Position numbers and translations under genes: made by a program
Shown: one piece after another, positions 58,120 to 64,000 of the stretch
Layout of the letters: each line of letters opens with the position of its first letter
Position numbering within the stretch: the stretch's first letter is position 1
From: Candidatus Krumholzibacteriota bacterium
GTDB taxonomy: Bacteria > Krumholzibacteriota > Krumholzibacteriia > LZORAL124-64-63
NCBI GenBank assembly: GCA_039714075.1
Contig: JBDLKA010000006.1
Coordinates: 16,800 to 80,799, forward strand
DNA length: 64,000 nucleotides
Direction of reading: 5' to 3'
Notes under the pieces: generated by a model
The model's database searches: none
What the model saw: only the letters and a program-made list of their open reading frames with translations
Told to the model about the DNA's origin: nothing

Positions 58120-58287
58120 TTATCCAATTGAAAATGGGAATCGACTTCATTTTGAAGATGGGTAATCAAAACCCTTCCGGAGATCATTCCTAAATGATAG
58201 GATGTTACTAGTTCCAATTTTGTTGGTTTTGAAGTCTGGATTTTTCCCGGTTTTCAGAACAGCGAACCTCTACGCGGAGGCAAGCCG

Positions 58288-59418
58288 ATGGATCGAATCT
58301 CCGACAACCCCCCTTCGTCCCTCAGTGCACTCGAAACCAAAATCGGGCGACGAAAATTCCTGAAGATCATCACTGCGGCCGCGGCTTCTATCGGGCTGTC
58401 CTCCTCCGCGGCTGTCAAAATTGTCGAAGCGGCGACCCAGGGGCTGAAGCCCTCGGTCATCTGGCTCCATTTCCAGGAATGCACCGGTTGCACGGAATCG
58501 CTCCTGAGGACCTCGCACCCCGAACTGGCCGAGCTCATTCTCGATCTCATCTCCCTGGACTACCACGAAACGCTGAGCGCGGCGGCGGGTCACCAGGTCG
58601 AAAAATCCCTGCATGACGCCATGGAGGCGAACAAGGGCAAGTACGTGCTGATCGTCGAAGGGTCCATTCCCGAGAAGGACGGCGGCATCTACTGCAAGAT
58701 CGCCGGCAAGACCGCCCTCGACTTGCTCAATGAGGTCGCCGCGGACGCCGGGGCCGTCATCGCCCTCGGTTCCTGCGCATCGTTCGGAGGAATTGCGGCT
58801 TCGGGTCCCAATCCCACCGGAGCCACCGGGGTGCCCATGATTCTCAAGGACAAGACCGTGGTCACGATTCCCGGCTGTCCGGCCAATCCCTACAACCTGC
58901 TGGGCGTCGTGCTTCAGTACGTGGCCCTGGGAACGCTGCCCGCCCTGGACGAAAAAGGGCGGCCGATGTTCGCCTACGCGCGCGTGATCCATGAAGACTG
59001 TCCTCGCCGCCCCCATTTTGACGCGGGCCGTTTTGTCCAACAGTTCGGAGACGAGGATCATCGTCTGGGCCACTGCCTGTACAAAATGGGATGCAAGGGC
59101 CCGGCGACTCACGCCAACTGCTCCATCAAGCACTTCTGCGAGGTTCCGGGGGCCTGGCCCATCGGCATCGGTCATCCCTGTGTGGGGTGCACGGAGAAGG
59201 AACTGGCCTTCCAGGTGCCGATCCACACCACGGTCGATATCGAGCGGCCGACGCCGCCGGATACCTACCCGCCCATCCACGCCGAACACCGCGGGCCCGG
59301 TCCGGTGGCCACGGCCGTCGGCGGAGCGGTGGTGGGCGTCGCCCTGGGCGCGGCCTGGAGGCAATCGAAAAAACTTGATGCCGAAGCTCCGGACTCCACC
59401 GAGAAAAAGGAGGAATAG
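58288..59418 (+). CDS. hybO: Group 1 (Hyb-type) NiFe hydrogenase small subunit
   Basis: Tat GRRKFLK; QECTGCTES; IPGCP; CLYKMGCKGP; HPCVGC; C-terminal TM. Confidence 0.92.
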   Translation: MDRISDNPPSSLSALETKIGRRKFLKIITAAAASIGLSSSAAVKIVEAATQGLKPSVIWLHFQECTGCTESLLRTSHPELAELILDLISLDYHETLSAAAGHQVEKSLHDAMEANKGKYVLIVEGSIPEKDGGIYCKIAGKTALDLLNEVAADAGAVIALGSCASFGGIAASGPNPTGATGVPMILKDKTVVTIPGCPANPYNLLGVVLQYVALGTLPALDEKGRPMFAYARVIHEDCPRRPHFDAGRFVQQFGDEDHRLGHCLYKMGCKGPATHANCSIKHFCEVPGAWPIGIGHPCVGCTEKELAFQVPIHTTVDIERPTPPDTYPPIHAEHRGPGPVATAVGGAVVGVALGAAWRQSKKLDAEAPDSTEKKEE

Positions 59419-59421
59419 CTG

Positions 59422-60300
59422 ATGGATAGGACCAGACGCTCTTTCCTCAAAGGCATGGCCTTCGCCGGTACCACCGCGGCGGTCGGCGCGGTGCCCGCGG
59501 TCGCCGACGAAAAACGCCGGGCGCCGGACGACGCGGTGGGCATGCTGTACGACACTACCCGCTGCATCGGCTGCAAGGCCTGCGTGGTGGCCTGCCACGA
59601 GGCGAACGATCTTCCTCCCGACGATCGGGGCGACGGACTCTACGACGCTCCCCAGTCCCTGAACGACCGCACCAAGAACATCATCAAGCTCTACCGGGAA
59701 GAAGGCCGACGGTCGTACATGAAGCAGCAGTGCATGCACTGCATCGATCCGGCCTGCGTGGGGGCCTGCATGATCGGGGCCCTGCGGAAACGCGAGTACG
59801 GGATCGTCACCTGGGACAGCGGCCGCTGCATCGGCTGCCGTTACTGCCAGGTGGCCTGCCCCTACAACGTGCCCAAGTTCGAGTGGGAAGAGGCCAATCC
59901 TCGGATCATCAAGTGCGAGCTGTGCAATCACCGGTTGGCCGAGGGCAAGGAACCGGCCTGCTGCGAGGTCTGCCCCCGCGAAGCGGTGATCTACGGCAAG
60001 TACGACGAACTGCTGGCCGAGGCGAAAAAACGCCTGGCCGACAATCCCGGCCGTTACGTGGACAAGATCTTCGGCGAATACGACGGCGGGGGCACCCAGG
60101 TGCTCTATCTCTCGCACGTGCCCTTCGAAAAGCTGGGCCTGCCCGAGCTGGGTGAAGAACCGGTGCCCGAGCTGAACCGCACGATCCAGCACGGCATCTA
60201 CAAGGGCATGATCGCTCCGGCGGCCCTGTATGTGGTGATGGGCGCGGTCATGCTGCGGAACCGGCGCACCGGTTCCGGGGATGAAGGGGGTGAATCATGA
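59422..60300 (+). CDS. hybA: Hydrogenase-2 Fe-S subunit HybA
   Basis: Tat TRRSFLK; CIGCKACVVAC, CMHCIDPAC, CIGCRYCQVACP, KCELC; GGGTQVLYLS. Confidence 0.92.
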   Translation: MDRTRRSFLKGMAFAGTTAAVGAVPAVADEKRRAPDDAVGMLYDTTRCIGCKACVVACHEANDLPPDDRGDGLYDAPQSLNDRTKNIIKLYREEGRRSYMKQQCMHCIDPACVGACMIGALRKREYGIVTWDSGRCIGCRYCQVACPYNVPKFEWEEANPRIIKCELCNHRLAEGKEPACCEVCPREAVIYGKYDELLAEAKKRLADNPGRYVDKIFGEYDGGGTQVLYLSHVPFEKLGLPELGEEPVPELNRTIQHGIYKGMIAPAALYVVMGAVMLRNRRTGSGDEGGES

Positions 60301-61487
60301 GTGATCACAAGGCAACCCCCGTCGGCGGCCGCCTGATGACCCCGACGACCCGGGTCCTGCTGTTTGTCTTCATGGTGGGCGCGGCCCTGACCGTCTGGCG
60401 TTTCGCCGTCGGCCTGGGCCCGGCGACCGGCCTGAATGACGGTTATCCGTGGGGCCTGTGGATCGCCTTCGACGTGGTCACCGGCACGGCCCTGGCCTGC
60501 GGCGGCTATGCCATGGCGCTGCTGGTCTACATCTTCAACAAGGGCAGGTACCACCCCCTGGTCCGGCCCGCCCTGCTGACCAGCGCGCTGGGTTATTCGG
60601 TGGCCGCCGTCGGCATCATCATCGATGTCGGCCGTCCCTGGTACATCTGGAAGATCCCCCTCAAGGTGGGCAGCTGGAACCTCGATTCGGCCCTCCTGGA
60701 AGTGGCGCTCTGCGTCATGGCCTACGTGATGGTGCTGTGGATCGAGCTTTCCCCGGCTTTCCTGGAAAAATGGCGGGAAAGCGGCCACACCGGCCTGGCG
60801 AATTTTTCGCGCGGGTTGTCAAAGTTCATGGACAAGGCACTGATCTGGTTCATCGCCCTGGGCCTGCTGTTGCCGACCATGCACCAGTCTTCGCTGGGTT
60901 CGGTGATCATGCTGGCCGGTCCGCGGCTGCACGCCCTGTGGCACACGCCGTGGCTGCCGTTCCTGTACCTGGTGTCCTGCATCTCGATGGGCTACGCAAT
61001 GGTGGTGATGGAGTCGACCCTTTCGAGCCGCGCCTTCGGCCGGCAGCGCGAGGACCGGATGCTGGCTTCCCTGTCGGGAGCGACTTCCTTCACCCTGTTT
61101 CTGTTCGTGGTCGTGCGGTTCGTGGATCTGTTTCTGCGGGGACGCGGTCCGCTGCTGATCAGTGAGGGGTATTACAGCGTGATGTTCTGGCTGGAGACGG
61201 TCCTGTTCCTGGCGCCGGCGGTCATGCTGGCCGGAAGCCGGGGCACCGCGCGCATCGGGAACATGTTCCGCGCGGCCATGATGATCGTCCTGGCCGGTTC
61301 CCTGTACCGGTTCGATTCGTACCTGGTTGCCTTCAACCCCGGTCCGGGCTGGTCCTACTTCCCCTCGGTTTCCGAAACCGTAATCACCCTCGGACTGGTG
61401 GCGATGGAGATCATGGTCTTCATCATGCTGGTCAGGAGTTTTCCGATTCTCAGCGGTACTTCGCCCATGGCGGCGCATAGAAAGTAG
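60297..61487 (+). CDS. hybB: Hydrogenase-2 membrane subunit HybB (NrfD family)
   Basis: LNDGYPWGLWIAFDVVTGTALACGGY, LPTMHQSSLGS. Confidence 0.93.
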   Translation: MSDHKATPVGGRLMTPTTRVLLFVFMVGAALTVWRFAVGLGPATGLNDGYPWGLWIAFDVVTGTALACGGYAMALLVYIFNKGRYHPLVRPALLTSALGYSVAAVGIIIDVGRPWYIWKIPLKVGSWNLDSALLEVALCVMAYVMVLWIELSPAFLEKWRESGHTGLANFSRGLSKFMDKALIWFIALGLLLPTMHQSSLGSVIMLAGPRLHALWHTPWLPFLYLVSCISMGYAMVVMESTLSSRAFGRQREDRMLASLSGATSFTLFLFVVVRFVDLFLRGRGPLLISEGYYSVMFWLETVLFLAPAVMLAGSRGTARIGNMFRAAMMIVLAGSLYRFDSYLVAFNPGPGWSYFPSVSETVITLGLVAMEIMVFIMLVRSFPILSGTSPMAAHRK

Positions 61488-61496
61488 GGAGAGAAC

Positions 61497-63194
61497 ATGA
61501 GCAAGAGAATCGTCGTAGATCCGGTCACGCGCATCGAGGGCCACCTGCGTATCGACGTCGAAGTCGACGGCGGCAAGGTGACCAAGGCCTGGTCATCGGG
61601 TCAGATGTGGCGGGGTATAGAGAATATCCTTATCGGTCGCGACCCGCGTGAAGCCTGGCTCTTCACCCAGCGGTTCTGCGGGGTGTGCACCACCGTCCAT
61701 GCGATCGCTTCGGTCCGCGCGGTGGAAAACGCCGTCGGCGTGGAGGTGCCGCTGAACGCCCAGCTGATCCGCAACCTGGTCCTGGCGGCCCACGCCATGC
61801 ACGATCATATCGTGCACTTCTTCCATCTGTCGGCCCTCGACTGGGTGGATGTGGTGTCGGCCCTCGAAGCCGACCCCAAGGCCACCGCCAAGCTGGCCCA
61901 GTCGCTCAGCCCCTGGCCGCGCAACAGCGTGCAGGAGCTGACGGCGGTCAAGGACAAGCTGGCCGGATTCGTGGCGCGGGGGCAGCTCGGTCCCTTCGCC
62001 AACGGCTACTGGGGTCACAAGGCCATGAAACTTCCGCCGGAGGTGAATCTGCTGGGGGTCCACCATTACCTGCAGGCCCTGGACTATCAGCGCAAGGCCA
62101 ACCAGGTGGTGGCCATTCTCGGCGGCAAGACCCCGAACATCCAGAACCTGGCCGTCGGCGGGGTGGCCAACGCCATCAACCTGGACAACCAGTCGACCAT
62201 CAACATGACGACCCTGTTCAACATCAAGAACCTGCTGGACGAGATGACGGACTTCGTCAAGAACGTCTACCTGACCGATGTCTGCGCCATCGGGGCGATG
62301 TATCCCGACTGGCTGGGCTACGGCTCGGGTGTCGTCAACTACCTGGCGGTGCCGGACCTGCCGACCGACGCGGCGGGTACGCAGTTCGACCTGCCCGGCG
62401 GCACGATCATGGACGGCGACCTGGGTACCTACAAGGCGATCACGAATTTCGAGGACAAGTATTTCGCCGACAACGTGGCCGAGGGCATCGCCCATTCCTG
62501 GTACGCGGGCGATTGGGAACGCCATCCCTACGAGGAGGAGACGGTTCCGAACTACACCGACTTCCAGGAGGACGGCAAGTATTCGTGGATCAAGTCGCCC
62601 CGCTTCCTGGGCGAGGTGATGCAGGTCGGGCCGCTGGCCCAGGTGCTGGTCGGTGCGGCCGGCGGCCACGAGCCCACCGCGCGCTGGCTGAAGTGGGCGA
62701 CCGACCTGGCCGGCAGCGTGGCCGGCATCCCGATCAAGGTGGAGATGCTGCACTCGACCCTGGGCCGCCACCTGGCCCGGGCGGTGCGCACGGCCGTGAT
62801 CTGCGAGAAGGCCCAGGAGCATTGGAAGCTGCTGGTGGACAACATCGCCTCGGGCGACACCGACACCTTCAACGAGCCGGTGTTCAGCGGGCTGCAGATG
62901 GGCTTCGGTTTCCATGAGGCCCCTCGCGGCACGCTGTCGCACTTCGTGGTGATCGAGAACGGCAAGATCAAGAACTACCAGGCGGTGGTGCCTTCGACCT
63001 GGAACGCCGGGCCGCGGGACGGGCAGAACCGGCCGGGGCCCTACGAGGCCTCGCTGGTCGGTAATCCGATCGCCGATCCCGAGAGGCCGCTGGAGGTCCT
63101 GCGCACGATCCACTCCTTCGATCCCTGCATCGCCTGTGCGGTGCATGCGCTTGATGTCGAGGGCAGGGAACTCGGAGTCGTGCGGACGCTCTGA
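61497..63194 (+). CDS. hybC: Group 1c NiFe hydrogenase large subunit
   Basis: DPVTRIEGHLRI; L1 QRFCGVCTTVH; L2 HSFDPCIACAVH with cleavable tail. Confidence 0.95.
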   Translation: MSKRIVVDPVTRIEGHLRIDVEVDGGKVTKAWSSGQMWRGIENILIGRDPREAWLFTQRFCGVCTTVHAIASVRAVENAVGVEVPLNAQLIRNLVLAAHAMHDHIVHFFHLSALDWVDVVSALEADPKATAKLAQSLSPWPRNSVQELTAVKDKLAGFVARGQLGPFANGYWGHKAMKLPPEVNLLGVHHYLQALDYQRKANQVVAILGGKTPNIQNLAVGGVANAINLDNQSTINMTTLFNIKNLLDEMTDFVKNVYLTDVCAIGAMYPDWLGYGSGVVNYLAVPDLPTDAAGTQFDLPGGTIMDGDLGTYKAITNFEDKYFADNVAEGIAHSWYAGDWERHPYEEETVPNYTDFQEDGKYSWIKSPRFLGEVMQVGPLAQVLVGAAGGHEPTARWLKWATDLAGSVAGIPIKVEMLHSTLGRHLARAVRTAVICEKAQEHWKLLVDNIASGDTDTFNEPVFSGLQMGFGFHEAPRGTLSHFVVIENGKIKNYQAVVPSTWNAGPRDGQNRPGPYEASLVGNPIADPERPLEVLRTIHSFDPCIACAVHALDVEGRELGVVRTL

Positions 63195-63202
63195 TCGTCG
63201 GA

Positions 63203-63294
63203 GGGGGCAGGGTAGCACATACACACGCGCCGCGATGTCCTCAGCCTGCGGCCTGCGGATTACGCGGCGCGCGTGTATGTGCTACCCTGCCCTC
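63203..63294. repeat. ~90-bp near-perfect palindromic element
   Basis: GGGCAGGGTAGCACATACACACGCGCCGCG / CGCGGCGCGCGTGTATGTGCTACCCTGCCC, 1 mismatch. Confidence 0.85.
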
Positions 63295-63327
63295 AGCCAA
63301 CGTCCACACCGTTCGCAAGGAGCCGAG

Positions 63328-63894
63328 TTGCCTGACATCGACAGCCATAAGACAGCGCCCGTGGGAGTGTTCGGGCTCGGGAACGTGCTGATGGGGGACG
63401 ATGCGCTCGGGCCCACGGCCATCGCCCGCCTGCAGGCGGGGTTCGAATTCCCGCCGGATATCGAAGTGGAGGATCTGGGTACGCCGGGGCTTGACCTGCA
63501 TCCCCATCTGGCAGGTCGGGAAGTCTTGATATTGATTGACGTTGTGAAGGCGGAAGGGGAACCGGGCGAAGTTCGGCTGTACCGCAGGGACGATATCCTC
63601 CGCCACGACCCCGGAGCGCGGGTCGGCACCCACGATCCCGGGGTGAAGGAGGCCCTGCTGGCCTTGAGGTTCGCGGGCGACGACCCGCGCGAGATCCTGC
63701 TGGTGGGGGTCATCCCCGGGCGGATCGACTACGAGATCGGGCTGTCCGTCCCGGTGCGAAAGGCCCTGCCCGCCCTGGAGGCGGCCGTTCTGGAGGAGCT
63801 GGCCCGGCTGGGCCGTGCCGTGACCCCGCGGGACCCACGGCCGCCCGCGAAGATCTGGTGGGATAACGAGCGCCCTCAAGGGGACCGGCCGTGA
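63328..63894 (+). CDS. hybD: Hydrogenase maturation endopeptidase (HybD-like)
   Basis: RBS AGGAG + TTG; GLGNVLMGDDALG, DLGTPG, LIDVV, THD. Confidence 0.85.
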   Translation: MPDIDSHKTAPVGVFGLGNVLMGDDALGPTAIARLQAGFEFPPDIEVEDLGTPGLDLHPHLAGREVLILIDVVKAEGEPGEVRLYRRDDILRHDPGARVGTHDPGVKEALLALRFAGDDPREILLVGVIPGRIDYEIGLSVPVRKALPALEAAVLEELARLGRAVTPRDPRPPAKIWWDNERPQGDRP

Positions 63895-64000
63895 ACAAGA
63901 GGAATTCCTGGGAGCGTTTCGAAGCGGTGGGGGTGGCGCTGGTCGTCCTGCACAGTCTCGTGCTGGGGGTCATGCTGATCTTCCTGCCGGGCTGGACCTT
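63891..64000 (+). CDS. Membrane protein, truncated by window end
   Basis: GTGA overlap with the protease stop; hydrophobic VGVALVVLHSLVLGVMLIFLP. Confidence 0.55.
   Translation, partial: MNKRNSWERFEAVGVALVVLHSLVLGVMLIFLPGWT

Noticed and set aside
58110..58127. Sigma54-like TGGCA upstream of hybO
   Set aside because: The -12 TTGC element is missing (ATCC instead), and the sequence is part of an inverted repeat

Overview
GC-rich bacterial chromosomal window with no phage, CRISPR, rRNA, tRNA or transposase that I can see. The organism is a diderm anaerobe or facultative anaerobe. A C-terminal TWGGIKSIFH motif and a FlgD/YPNPFN-type domain suggest an FCB-group candidate lineage such as Ca. Krumholzibacteriota (inference). 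From left to right: the pepF 3' end; a TonB2-type operon (DUF3450-ttpC-exbB-exbD-tonB-TPR) followed by an SGNH hydrolase and acr3; a GntR-like regulator and META lipoprotein; an ECF sigma/anti-sigma/HEAT-repeat operon; dtxR-feoAB plus a FeoB-associated Cys-rich protein; a signalling cluster (sensor kinase, REC-SLC13/DASS transporter fusion, single REC, hybrid kinase with a degenerate HPt); amidase, stand-alone Clp-N domain, secreted glycosidase, LolA-like and sortilin-like proteins. The last ~29 kb is a hydrogen-metabolism region: a group 3b NiFe sulfhydrogenase with protease, two-component system and ACT protein; hypCDE; Ni transporter-hypABF-ferredoxin; and a group 1c Hyb-type hydrogenase. 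The most unusual observations are: (1) a lipoprotein whose FlgD/CTD-like Ig domain has its first strand (FELSGVYPNPFN) moved to the extreme C-terminus, suggesting donor-strand polymerisation as in type V pili; (2) a receiver domain fused to a DASS transporter; (3) a 180-bp palindromic element read in frame at the start of the TPR gene, plus related palindromic elements; (4) a structured non-coding region upstream of the nickel transporter-hyp operon. All family calls come from motif recognition by eye, not database searches.
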